This document shows, one piece after another, positions 18,952 to 28,297 of a stretch of DNA of 32,000 bases. Both the position numbers and the translations under genes were made by a program. The notes under the pieces were generated by a model. It ran no database searches, was not told the origin of the DNA, and saw only the letters and a list, made by a program, of their open reading frames with translations. Numbering within the stretch: the stretch's first letter is position 1; the number at the start of each line of letters is the position of its first letter. The stretch spans positions 2,220,001-2,252,000 of the forward strand of contig NZ_LT549890.1 of the NCBI RefSeq assembly GCF_900079115.1. The letters run 5' to 3'. The DNA is from Saccharolobus solfataricus (GTDB taxonomy: Archaea; Thermoproteota; Thermoprotei_A; Sulfolobales; Sulfolobaceae).

Positions 18952-20217
18952 TTAAGCAAGAATCCCACGCAAATCATAGAATGATGCTTCAGTTATTTTA
19001 ACATCATACCATTTTCCTAATTCTACATTTTCAGATCTAATCACAACTGGGATGTAATTCATTAATCTTCCTATCACTGATCCCTTACGACCTAATTCTG
19101 TTGTAATAACTCTACTAGTACTTCCTACATAATCTAAATGAATAGATAATGCAAGATCCTCATATAGTTTATTAGCTATTTGAATTCTCTTTTTCTTTAT
19201 ACTATCTGGAACTTGAGGCATTGACGCACTTCTAGTATTTGGCCTTATGGAGTACATTGCTAGGTGTATTCTTTCAAATCTTAATTCCTTCATAAGCAAT
19301 AACGTGTTATTAAATGCCTCTTCATCTTCTCCGGGGTGGCCTACAATTATATCCGTGGTTATGTTAACAAATGGTATTTTATGTCTTATTTCACTTATCA
19401 ACTCTTTATATTCATCTACAGTATATTTTCTGTTCATTAGTTTTAATACTCTATCATCTCCACTTTGGACGGGTAAATGTATGAACTTATATACCTTTGG
19501 GTTTCTTATAGCTTCTATTAGATCATCCATTATCCTCATAGCTTGTTCTGGTGTCATCATGCCTATCCTTATCATGAAGTCTCCATCTATATCCGCTACT
19601 TTATTTACTACATCAACTAAACTTATAGATCCCCCTAAATCTAATCCATAGGCTGCAGTATCTTGACCAGTCAATTCTATTTCTCTAGCACCAGATTGTA
19701 TAGCATCTCTTGCAGCGTTAACTATTTCTCTCAATGGATAGCTTCTCAACTTCCTCCGAGCTAATTTAGTTATGCAGAAGCTGCAGTTGCCCGCACATCC
19801 ATCAGCTACTGGGATTATGGCAATTTTTCCATCAAAGGTCCTAGGGGTTATAAGTGCTCTATCACCCTCAATAACTATTTTACGTTCTTCTGATTTTACT
19901 ATATCAACTATTCTTTCAACGGATTGGGGACCTATTAATGATGCATTTGGGGCTATGGAAAGAACTGTAGCTGGTTCTGCACTACTCATACACCCCGCTA
20001 CTACTAATTTTTTAGATAACGTGTTTAACTCCTTAATTCTTTGTTTCATTCTCTCTTCAGTTTCTAGTCTTACTGCACAAGTATTCAGTATAATTATATC
20101 GGCATTCTCTGGGTTTTCTACAAAATTATAACCCTCACTTTTAAGCAAAGTCATCATTACGTAAGTATCTGCCCTATTTAGTGCACATCCATATGTCTCA
20201 ACGTAAATGTTTTTCAT
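18952..20217 (-). CDS. Radical SAM methylthiotransferase, archaeal MiaB/MtaB (CDKAL1-like) type
   Basis: The N-terminal UPF0004 domain has YGCALN and NTCAVR. The radical SAM motif is CAGNCSFC. A C-terminal TRAM-like domain is present. The protein is 421 aa. Confidence 0.92.
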   Translation of the reverse strand: MKNIYVETYGCALNRADTYVMMTLLKSEGYNFVENPENADIIILNTCAVRLETEERMKQRIKELNTLSKKLVVAGCMSSAEPATVLSIAPNASLIGPQSVERIVDIVKSEERKIVIEGDRALITPRTFDGKIAIIPVADGCAGNCSFCITKLARRKLRSYPLREIVNAARDAIQSGAREIELTGQDTAAYGLDLGGSISLVDVVNKVADIDGDFMIRIGMMTPEQAMRIMDDLIEAIRNPKVYKFIHLPVQSGDDRVLKLMNRKYTVDEYKELISEIRHKIPFVNITTDIIVGHPGEDEEAFNNTLLLMKELRFERIHLAMYSIRPNTRSASMPQVPDSIKKKRIQIANKLYEDLALSIHLDYVGSTSRVITTELGRKGSVIGRLMNYIPVVIRSENVELGKWYDVKITEASFYDLRGILA

Positions 20218-20262
20218 TATTCTTCAATAGTATTTTAAACCCTATTTGCTTATAGGTTTAAT

Positions 20263-20682
20263 GTGAGTTCAGAAAAAGAATACGTAGAAATGCTTGATAG
20301 GCTATACTCGAAATTACCAGAAAAAGGACGTAAGGAAGGTACACAATCATTGCCTAATATGATAATACTCAATATAGGAAATACTACTATAATTAGAAAC
20401 TTTGCGGAGTATTGTGATAGAATTAGAAGAGAGGATAAAATATGTATGAAATACTTGCTAAAGGAACTAGCTGCACCCGGTAACGTAGACGATAAGGGCG
20501 AACTCGTAATTCAAGGAAAATTCTCCTCGCAAGTAATAAATACCTTAATGGAAAGATTTTTGAAAGCATATGTTGAATGTAGTACTTGTAAAAGCCTAGA
20601 CACTATTCTAAAGAAGGAGAAGAAGAGCTGGTATATAGTTTGTCTAGCATGTGGCGCTCAAACACCAGTGAAACCACTATGA
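20263..20682 (+). CDS. eif2b: Translation initiation factor aIF-2 beta subunit
   Basis: YVEMLDRLYSKLP matches, and the C-terminal zinc ribbon is CSTCKSLDT...VCLACG. The protein is 139 aa with a GTG start. Confidence 0.93.
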   Translation: MSSEKEYVEMLDRLYSKLPEKGRKEGTQSLPNMIILNIGNTTIIRNFAEYCDRIRREDKICMKYLLKELAAPGNVDDKGELVIQGKFSSQVINTLMERFLKAYVECSTCKSLDTILKKEKKSWYIVCLACGAQTPVKPL

Positions 20683-20975
20683 AAGTGCTTTTAAATATAA
20701 TTAGAGCACAAGGCATGACACTAATAAATATATGTCAAGAGGAATTATTAGGAAAAGTATTCAGAGAAGGAGAGATAATACTTGATATTAGTGAGAAATT
20801 TTATGGGGGAGAGTCTGTGGAATTAGATTACGCTCTTTCACTAATTGATGAAGCTACAGTCATGAGTATTGTAGGGAATTATGCGGTAGAAGAGGCAATA
20901 AGGAGAGGGTTAGTACATAAGGACTCAGTGATCAATGTGGCTGGTATAAAATTTGCTCAAGTTTATAATGTGTGA
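20679..20975 (+). CDS. DUF424-family small protein
   Basis: MKVLLNIIRAQGMTLINICQEELLGKVFREGEIILDISEKFYGGE is the pattern I associate with DUF424, a family often found next to aIF2beta. The ATG at 20679 forms an ATGA overlap with the aIF2beta stop. The track's TTG at 20640 would add 13 residues inside the upstream gene. Confidence 0.7.
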   Translation: MKVLLNIIRAQGMTLINICQEELLGKVFREGEIILDISEKFYGGESVELDYALSLIDEATVMSIVGNYAVEEAIRRGLVHKDSVINVAGIKFAQVYNV

Positions 20976-21694
20976 AATTTATGTCAGGAAAATTCTGTGT
21001 ATTATGCGGAAAGCAAAATGTTGACCTAATAGATTCGCTATGTGTAGATTGCTATGTAAAGTCTAAAAAATTGATAGAGACGCCTAAAAGGGTAACCGGA
21101 AAGTATTGTAAGATCTGCGGTGCCCAGTGGATTAGAGGTAAGTGGATAAGAACATCAGCAACATCATTAGCTTCCGTAGTGGAGGATATTATAGCAAGAG
21201 AATTAGGGAGTAAGATGAGGATTGACAAAAACGTGGATGAGTTCGCATTTGATATAAAGAGCATATGGAAGGATCCAAGTGGTAATTCTTTTGCGACTAT
21301 TGAGTTTAGAGGTAAGGTAAGAGGTAAATCATTTTCCCAAGAAGCTGTAATAAGCTTAGAAATGGAAAGGGAGCTGTGTGACTCATGTTTTAGGAAGAAG
21401 ACACGATATTATGAGGCTATAGTTCAACTTAGGAGTAAAGGTAAGATTGGAGTCGATGATAAAAAGAGAGCGTTCTTCGAATCCTTTTTCTCTACAAGTA
21501 TTGTAGATAATATTTCCGATGTTATTGAAGGTAGAGAGGGTGTTGATTATTATTTTATGAGTAAAAGTGTTGCAAGAAAGCTTGTATCGATGATATCTTC
21601 TATTGTGGACGTTGAAGTTAATGAGAGTTATCAGAATGAAAAGATGAAAAACGGTAAAAGGGAGGCAAAACTAGTTATTTCATTGAGGATATGA
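20972..21694 (+). CDS. NMD3-family protein (large-subunit biogenesis factor homologue)
   Basis: The N-terminal Cys clusters are CVLCGK...LCVDCY and YCKICG, with a later CDSC. The start is GTG 20972 (GTGA overlap); ATG 20981 is an alternative. Confidence 0.8.
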   Translation: MKFMSGKFCVLCGKQNVDLIDSLCVDCYVKSKKLIETPKRVTGKYCKICGAQWIRGKWIRTSATSLASVVEDIIARELGSKMRIDKNVDEFAFDIKSIWKDPSGNSFATIEFRGKVRGKSFSQEAVISLEMERELCDSCFRKKTRYYEAIVQLRSKGKIGVDDKKRAFFESFFSTSIVDNISDVIEGREGVDYYFMSKSVARKLVSMISSIVDVEVNESYQNEKMKNGKREAKLVISLRI

Positions 21695-22329
21695 GAGTAG
21701 GCATAGATGAAGCAGGTCGTGGAGCGTTAATAGGTCCAATGATAGTTGCAGGTGTAGTTATAAGTGATACGAAACTAAAGTTCCTTAAAGGTATTGGAGT
21801 AAAGGATAGTAAACAATTAACGAGAGAAAGAAGGGAGAAATTGTTCGATATCATTGCGAATACCGTAGAGGCTTTCACAGTAGTTAAAGTCTTTCCTTAC
21901 GAAATAGATAATTATAACTTGAACGATCTAACATATGACGCAGTATCTAAGATAATACTATCACTTTCATCTTTCAATCCTGAGATAGTAACAGTTGATA
22001 AAGTGGGAGATGAGAAGCCCGTTATAGAACTTATCAATAAGCTGGGTTATAAGTCAAATGTAGTTCACAAGGCGGATGTCCTATTTGTTGAAGCAAGTGC
22101 AGCAAGTATTATAGCTAAAGTAATAAGGGATAACTATATTGATGAGTTGAAACAAGTTTACGGTGATTTTGGGAGTGGATACCCTGCTGACCCTAGAACA
22201 ATAAAGTGGCTTAAGTCCTTTTATGAGAAGAACCCAAATCCACCCCCTATTATCAGAAGATCATGGAAAATTTTACGTTCTACTGCTCCATTATATTATA
22301 TAAGTAAAGAGGGTAGAAGGTTATGGTAA
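21691..22329 (+). CDS. rnhB: Ribonuclease HII
   Basis: VGIDEAGRGALIGPM (catalytic D-E), DSK, and later acidic residues match. The protein is 212 aa, and its start forms an ATGA overlap with the NMD3 stop. Confidence 0.93.
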   Translation: MRVGIDEAGRGALIGPMIVAGVVISDTKLKFLKGIGVKDSKQLTRERREKLFDIIANTVEAFTVVKVFPYEIDNYNLNDLTYDAVSKIILSLSSFNPEIVTVDKVGDEKPVIELINKLGYKSNVVHKADVLFVEASAASIIAKVIRDNYIDELKQVYGDFGSGYPADPRTIKWLKSFYEKNPNPPPIIRRSWKILRSTAPLYYISKEGRRLW

Positions 22330-23378
22330 CGAATTTACCTGCCGAAGCTAAGGCTAAGTGGCTAAAGGTAATGGACGCAAAGACTCCAGAGGAGAAGTTC
22401 CAAGCCCTACAAGAATTTCTTAAGGAAGTTCCTAAGCACAAGGGGACTGAAAATTTAGTGTACTGGGCAAAAAGGCGAATGGCCGAGTTAAGAGAAGAAA
22501 TGGAGGTAAGAAAGAGCAAGAAAAGTGGAGGTTTTTCGTTATTTGTTGAGAAAGAGGGTGCAGGCCAAGCGATTTTGATAGGAGATATGCTTCTTAGATC
22601 ATTTATAATGAGAAAACTTACTAATGTAAAACAGGAATTTAATGAGTTACCAGTGCCTGGTATGGTTAAATATGAGGACGTACAGATTCAGTTAGTTAAT
22701 CCACCTAAGAGCCTACCACTCTCTAAGACAATAGGTCTAATAAGAAATGCAGATGAGGTTATCATAGCTATAAATAATAAGGAGGATCTATCTCTTATAA
22801 AGAGTCTCCTAGAAGATAATAATATTCTATTAAGAAAACCTAAGGGAAGGGTTGTAATAGAGAGAACTAGATATGGAATTTCTGGTATTAGAGTAGTAAA
22901 TTTAGGTAAACTGATAGGTATTGATGAGAAAGTAGTTAGGGATTATATAGAGAGTTTCGGAATTAAATCAGCAATAGTAAAGATAATAGGCGAGGTCACC
23001 TTAGATGATATAGAAAAATCAATGTTCGAAGCTGTTAGCTACAAGCCTACAGTAGTGATCTCTAAGGATAGGTTCGACACTGGCGAGTTACCAATGTTAA
23101 CTATCGACCAGATAGATAAGTTGCCTAAGCATTTGTTCGATATGTTAGAAGTGATCAGAGTTTACACTAAAGAGCCTGGTGAAGAGCCAACTAAGGATCC
23201 TTTAATACTCAAAAAGGGGTCTACAGTTCTAGACGTGGCAAGGAAACTGCATTCGTCATTGGCTGAAAATTTTAGGTATGCTAGAGTCTGGGGAAAATCG
23301 GTAAAGTTTCAAGGACAGAAAGTGGGTCCGTCACATATTCTAGAAGATAGAGATATTGTTGAGATACATGTAAAATAG
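22323..23378 (+). CDS. DRG-like protein with a degenerate G domain and a C-terminal TGS domain
   Basis: KSGGFSLFVEKEGAGQAILIGDMLLRSFIMRKLT aligns by eye with DRG K-x-G-x-GF-x-V-x-K-x-G-x-ARV-x-LIGFPSVGKSTLL-x-x-LT, but the P-loop is lost. The C-terminal TGS-like region is VIRVYTKEPGEEPTKDPLILKKGSTVLDVARKLHS...IVEIH. Confidence 0.8.
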   Translation: MVTNLPAEAKAKWLKVMDAKTPEEKFQALQEFLKEVPKHKGTENLVYWAKRRMAELREEMEVRKSKKSGGFSLFVEKEGAGQAILIGDMLLRSFIMRKLTNVKQEFNELPVPGMVKYEDVQIQLVNPPKSLPLSKTIGLIRNADEVIIAINNKEDLSLIKSLLEDNNILLRKPKGRVVIERTRYGISGIRVVNLGKLIGIDEKVVRDYIESFGIKSAIVKIIGEVTLDDIEKSMFEAVSYKPTVVISKDRFDTGELPMLTIDQIDKLPKHLFDMLEVIRVYTKEPGEEPTKDPLILKKGSTVLDVARKLHSSLAENFRYARVWGKSVKFQGQKVGPSHILEDRDIVEIHVK

Positions 23379-23385
23379 GATTTTC

Positions 23386-23393
23386 TATATAAA
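23386..23393 (+). promoter_or_regulatory. TATA box candidate for the platform/ATPase unit
   Basis: TATATAAA lies 8 nt after the stop of the preceding gene and 35 nt before the ATG at 23428. Confidence 0.45.
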
Positions 23394-23427
23394 TTTAAGT
23401 ATAGGTTTATGAGAAAGTAACACTAGA

Positions 23428-25279
23428 ATGAGTATATTTAATAGACGTAATAGCAGGCAATATGTTAACAAGCAAGGTCCATCAAAAATCGAATTACTAT
23501 TTTACAATTCCAGTATAATCGATAGTTTAGCTAAAAGCATAGGCGTAAAAATGAAAAAAGCGGGCATAAATCAAGATCCACGTTTATTTGCATCTAGGCT
23601 ATTTCTTACTCTTATACTTTCAATTGTAATTTCCGTAATGTTAGTAGTGTTTGCTGTAAGGTTCTTTGAGCTATATAGATTAACGTTGCTTACAAAATAT
23701 TTGGCAGGGTTTTTAACTATGATGATATTTGGCATAATAATACCACCTATTGCTTATTTGATACAAATTCTCCAGTTATCACAATCAACTGAAAATAGAA
23801 GAATAGGTTTAGATAGTGAAGCTCCAGCATTCGCTGCAGTATTTAATGTTTTCTTAAGGTCTGGGTTAAGTGCAAGATATGTTTTCGATTACTTATCTAA
23901 ATCTACAGCAATGCAATACGCTAGCCAAATTGCCTCATATGTTAATAAGAGAGTTAAATACCTAGGAGAAAGTGTAGAAAGTGCAATAGTTGAATCACTA
24001 AACTACTCGCCTTCGAAGATATTCAATGAATTTTTAACGACTTATGTTACTGCAGTCAGAACAGGTGCACCAGTTCTAGAAACAATGGAAGCTAAGACTA
24101 AAGATATCCTCAAGAATATAGAAACTTTAGCGTCTACTGCTGCGGAGAACTTGTCCGGCATAGCTGAAGGTTTCGTAATTTGGCTATCATCAGGTTTCAT
24201 CACATTCTTTCTCGTTTTACTATTACAAGCAATATTTCCATCTCTCTTCGGTTCAGTCCCATTCCCAGTAATGGCTATTTTCGCAATGATAATGATACCA
24301 TTAATAAATCTATTGTTCATATGGGTTGTTGACCAAACTCAATTTAGATTCCCTGAGAGATCCTTAAAAGCATACAAAGTATTTTATGTTACATTTCCTA
24401 TAGGGTTGATTATCTCTTTTATCATACTGTATTTGATAAAGGAACCAATACCTCTTCTTTTTATACCTCCTTTTCCTAAATGCTGGTGTACAGCAAATAC
24501 CATTCTCTGTATTAGCATTTACAATAGGTCTATTAATAGCTGCGATACCTCCAGCAGTAATTGCCATGAGAGAACTAAAGGAAGGAACGGGATATGATGT
24601 TTATGTTGTATCTTTTCTTAGGGCGGTTGCTGAGGGATTAAGAGCTGGACTAAATCCAGCTACAGTAGTTAAAAACCTAAAGGATTCTCCAGAAATGGGG
24701 AAGTTTAGAGACATACTAAATACTATATACGCTTATTCTCTATTAGGAGTGCCTATAAAGGATGCCTTTAAGATAGCTTCAGAGAGAATATTGGACTTTT
24801 CTAGCAAGGTTTCTTTAATTTCACTAGCAGATATGATAGAAATTGGTAGTTTAACTCCGGAAACAGTCGAATCATTAGCCGAGCAAGTTGACGCTCAAAT
24901 AAGGATAAGGAGAAACTACAATGCGAAAATAAGAGTGTTATTATACGCTCCTTATATTGGTATTATTTTGGCATTGGTGGCATCTATTCTATTAGGTAAC
25001 GCTATGTTTACTCTAATATCTCATCAGTCCTATTCCTTTGCTTATGGACCATTATCTAGCGCTACTGTGGTCTTACCTAAGTCCCTTTACGTAATTTCCA
25101 TTTCAGCGCTCTTTAATTCATTTTTAGCTGGATTATTAGTGGGAAAGATAGGATATGGTAAAACAGCAGCAGGATTTACTCATGCGGCAGTTTTAGTAGT
25201 TATTACCGCAGTGCTGGTAATCATTTCATTACATATATCACTAATACCTTCTATATCTCCTTCCTCGACATCTTTATAA
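23428..25279 (+). pseudogene. FlaJ/TadC/GspF-like polytopic platform protein of a type-IV-filament-like system, interrupted by a +1 frameshift
   Basis: Track ORFs 23428..24597 (frame 1) and 24566..25279 (frame 2) each carry one T2SSF-like repeat: AFAAVFNVFLRSGLSARYVFDYL and VVSFLRAVAEGLRAGLNPATVVKNL. Both carry multiple TM helices. The frame-1 tail (PKCWCTANTILCISIYNRSINSCDTSSSNCHERTKGRNGI) looks non-native. Frame 2 is already open from 24440 and reads a good TM segment: LNAGVQQIPFSVLAFTIGLLIAAIPPAVIAMRELKEG. Removing one T from the T5 run at 24458-24462 would give one protein of about 616 aa. Confidence 0.8.
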
Positions 25280-25284
25280 CCTAG

Positions 25285-27036
25285 ATGGGGGAGTGGTATA
25301 TAATGAGTAAAATTTTCAAGTTCCCCTTACAGATCGGTAGAGGTAGCGTTAAGCAATTACCTATCACAGATCTTCCTATAACGCTTTACCCAGTTACACC
25401 TTTGCCCGAAGAGGTTACAACGATTGTCGCGGATTATGAGGTTAATATCCTAAATTTAGTCCCGGAGGATATTAAGTCAAACCTAACTCGAAATAATATT
25501 GAACTGATATTACCAAATCCTCATGTCTTCATTACTTTTGATGAGAGAAAAGGTATCTACAAATATGTTTTATTAGAACCACCGGTTAATGAAATGATCT
25601 ATAATATCTACAATATATTTATAGAGGAAGTGGAGAGAGAACTGCTTTCTAAGAATCCCTCTTTAGATCTTGCAAAAATTATATTCGAACTGGATAAGAA
25701 AAGGTCAGGTCTTAAAATTATCCAAGAGAAGAGAGGAGATATCTACGTTTTGAGTACAAATGCTAGAGTTACTTTGTACTATTTATTAAGAAACATGTTC
25801 GGATACAACGTATTAACCCCACTTGTAGCTGATAAAAATATAGAAGATATTTCGGTTCCTGGTCTAAATAATCCAGTCTATGTATATCATAGAAGTTATG
25901 AATATATTCCAACTAATATTATATTTACTAAGAACATGCAAGTATCTCCACAACTTAATATAATGATAGATGGTGAGGAACTGCTAGATCAATTGGTTCT
26001 AAGAATGCTTTCTACTACAGGTAAGTCAATTTCTGTTGCTGAACCAATACAAGACGGTATGTTACCAAATGGTGATAGGGTTGCCGCAACATTTAGGCGC
26101 GAGGTATCAGCCAGTGGTTCTTCAGTAGTAATAAGAAGATTTAGCGAAAGGCCTATCACAATACTAGATTTAATTAATTCTGGTACCCTATCTCCAGAAC
26201 TAGCAGCATATCTATGGTATGGAATGGATCTGAGAATGAGTGTCATGTCAATAGGAGTTACCGGGGCCGGAAAGACCACTTTACTTAATGCAGTTCTAAA
26301 TCTAGTAAAAGAAAGCATGAAGATCGTCTCCATAGAAGATATTCCAGAAATTAGATTAGCCCATACTAATTGGGTTCAGCTATACGCTAGGCCAGCATAT
26401 GCAGGAGTAGGTAAAGAGATTTCATTAATGGATCTGCTAAAATTATCCCTCAGATACAGGCCAGATATAATAGTTGTAGGTGAGATAAGAGGGCAAGAGG
26501 CTTACGTATTATTCCAAGCGATATCAACTGGACATGGAGGTGCTACGACATTCCACGCGTATAATACCGACTCTGCAATAAAGAGGCTCATGAATGAGCC
26601 CCTAAATATTCCACAAGAATGGATACCTATGATGAACATAATAATGACAATTAGGAGGTTACCAGTATATATAGGAGAAAAGATAGTCCTAAGAAGACGT
26701 GTTGTAGCAGTTGATGAAATAGTTAGTTGGAACGACTATAGAAGGGTCTCGAGCTGGGATCCAAAAAGTGATGCGTTTACAATTAATCTAGATGCTGCCA
26801 GAGTGTTAAAAAATAGAATAGAGGAAGCTGGTCTTAATCTAGATGACGTGAAAAGAGAAATGGAGAGAAGAGCATTATTCCTAAAGTTGTTAGCGTCTTC
26901 CAGAGAGATAATACAAAATGAGGAGAGTTATAAGCTTGTGAAGAGCTATATAATAAAATACAGCTTAAAACCCGAAGAAGCTCTAAAAGAGGCTCAAGCA
27001 ATGGCTAGGACAAAAACTATAGAGTTAAAAGAATAA
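25285..27036 (+). CDS. Type II/IV secretion-family hexameric ATPase (FlaI/VirB11/PilT class)
   Basis: Walker A is GVTGAGKTT, the Asp box is SIEDIPE, Walker B is DIIVVGEIRG, and the His box is TGHGGATTFHA. A roughly 300-aa N-terminal region precedes the core. The start is ATG 25285 or ATG 25303. Confidence 0.92.
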   Translation: MGEWYIMSKIFKFPLQIGRGSVKQLPITDLPITLYPVTPLPEEVTTIVADYEVNILNLVPEDIKSNLTRNNIELILPNPHVFITFDERKGIYKYVLLEPPVNEMIYNIYNIFIEEVERELLSKNPSLDLAKIIFELDKKRSGLKIIQEKRGDIYVLSTNARVTLYYLLRNMFGYNVLTPLVADKNIEDISVPGLNNPVYVYHRSYEYIPTNIIFTKNMQVSPQLNIMIDGEELLDQLVLRMLSTTGKSISVAEPIQDGMLPNGDRVAATFRREVSASGSSVVIRRFSERPITILDLINSGTLSPELAAYLWYGMDLRMSVMSIGVTGAGKTTLLNAVLNLVKESMKIVSIEDIPEIRLAHTNWVQLYARPAYAGVGKEISLMDLLKLSLRYRPDIIVVGEIRGQEAYVLFQAISTGHGGATTFHAYNTDSAIKRLMNEPLNIPQEWIPMMNIIMTIRRLPVYIGEKIVLRRRVVAVDEIVSWNDYRRVSSWDPKSDAFTINLDAARVLKNRIEEAGLNLDDVKREMERRALFLKLLASSREIIQNEESYKLVKSYIIKYSLKPEEALKEAQAMARTKTIELKE

Positions 27037-28297
27037 GTGAAAACAAAATTATTAATAAAGATGAAATTGTGTTATTGAAAAGACTATTAATATATGCCAT
27101 TATCGCAAGAATAATCCCTAATATTTTTATACTCAAGATTTCTTCTTCTTTCCCAACTAGGCTTTTGGGTGTAACTTTCCATTTAAACCTGACTTTGAAT
27201 ATTCCTTGAATGTAGCCGATAAGAGAAGCAATTAGGGTTACAATGCCACTTTTATAATCTCCCTTAGGTTTTATCAGAGCTATGTAAATTCCATTCGAGA
27301 CTAGTATTGGGATTAGTGAGGTAAAGACATAAAAGTAGTTTATATTTAATATAAACTGTATTGAGATAATAATAAGAAATAGTAGTAGGTATAGGGGGTA
27401 AATTCCCCACTGTTGTGAGTATATAAATCCCTCAATTCCCCTTATTCCTAATTTAAACAATCTCATGCTGTAAGAGATCAATTCTCCAGAACCATAAGCC
27501 CATCTTTTAATTTGGTTATATAAATCAGTATGGGTATAGGGAGCTAAGGTATAAACTGTGATGTCATCAACGTATTTTACTTTAATATTACTCAGAGCAA
27601 GTCTAATACCTAGCTCTAAGTCTTCTGCTACGCTATTTTCTTTCCATCCACCTATCTTCCTTAAAATATCTCTCTTTATTCCGAATGCTGAACCATTTGC
27701 AAATATTATTAGACCTAACTTGTCTCTAGCCTTGAATAATGCGTTCATTACAAATTCATTGGTATATGAGTATATCTTTTGAACTTGTGTATTAACATCT
27801 CTAACTTTTAATCTAAACGCAACCGCATCGTAGTCAAGTTGAGAAATTTTACGTAAAAAGTCCTTTTCGACCCTGGCTTCTGCATCCAGATACACTAACA
27901 TTTCAGCATCAGAAATATTAGTGGCGAAGTTTAGTGCTCCAGCTTTTCTTCCCTTGTTTTCTGGTCTCCTTATAATTACGAAATTGTCCGGAAGTTTATC
28001 TAGTGATTCTATAATTTTTTTAAAAGTCTCCTCTGTATCATCAGATACTATAATAACTTTGTAAAATCTATAGTCCAATCCCGATAGGTTATTAATTAGT
28101 TCTTTAATCGTCTTTTCATCTTCGTCTTTTATTGCAACGATTATGTCTATTCTTTTGTTAGAATTTTTATCATTTTTAGTAGAAAATTGTATAATGTTTT
28201 GATTAGAAACTTTATAGTAGAATGCTTGAAGGAGTATCCATAAAGATGTAAAAAATGATGATATAAAAAGCAAAATTTCAAAAATTTCCCTTATCAT
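27017..28297 (-). CDS. Membrane-embedded family-2 glycosyltransferase of the processive synthase type
   Basis: There is one N-terminal TM helix. The GT-A motifs are VSDD, YLDAE and VAED, and Q262-I-K-R-W266 (complement of 27500-27514, verified as caa att aaa aga tgg) is a QxxRW motif. Several C-terminal TM helices follow. The start forms an ATGA overlap with the ppa stop. Confidence 0.88.
   Translation of the reverse strand: MIREIFEILLFISSFFTSLWILLQAFYYKVSNQNIIQFSTKNDKNSNKRIDIIVAIKDEDEKTIKELINNLSGLDYRFYKVIIVSDDTEETFKKIIESLDKLPDNFVIIRRPENKGRKAGALNFATNISDAEMLVYLDAEARVEKDFLRKISQLDYDAVAFRLKVRDVNTQVQKIYSYTNEFVMNALFKARDKLGLIIFANGSAFGIKRDILRKIGGWKENSVAEDLELGIRLALSNIKVKYVDDITVYTLAPYTHTDLYNQIKRWAYGSGELISYSMRLFKLGIRGIEGFIYSQQWGIYPLYLLLFLIIISIQFILNINYFYVFTSLIPILVSNGIYIALIKPKGDYKSGIVTLIASLIGYIQGIFKVRFKWKVTPKSLVGKEEEILSIKILGIILAIMAYINSLFNNTISSLLIILFSLILLTL

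Noticed and set aside
18483-19001. A 172-aa plus-strand ORF lies opposite the thiolase gene.
   Set aside because: It is antisense to a gene with all the thiolase active-site motifs. Its composition is I/S/P/L-rich and it is on the pyrimidine-rich strand.
20640-20678. The track start (TTG 20640) would give the DUF424 gene a 13-residue N-terminal extension.
   Set aside because: The extension lies inside the aIF2beta coding region. The ATG at 20679 forms a canonical ATGA overlap and yields the MKVLLNI... N-terminus typical of the family.
24440-24480. I considered programmed ribosomal frameshifting as the explanation for the split platform gene. A programmed -1 frameshift is known for a S. solfataricus fucosidase gene.
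   Set aside because: The required shift is +1, not -1. I see no X-XXY-YYZ heptamer, no obvious +1 shifty codon/rare-codon pair, and no downstream structure. A single-base indel in the T5 run is the simpler explanation. It is left open in the finding.
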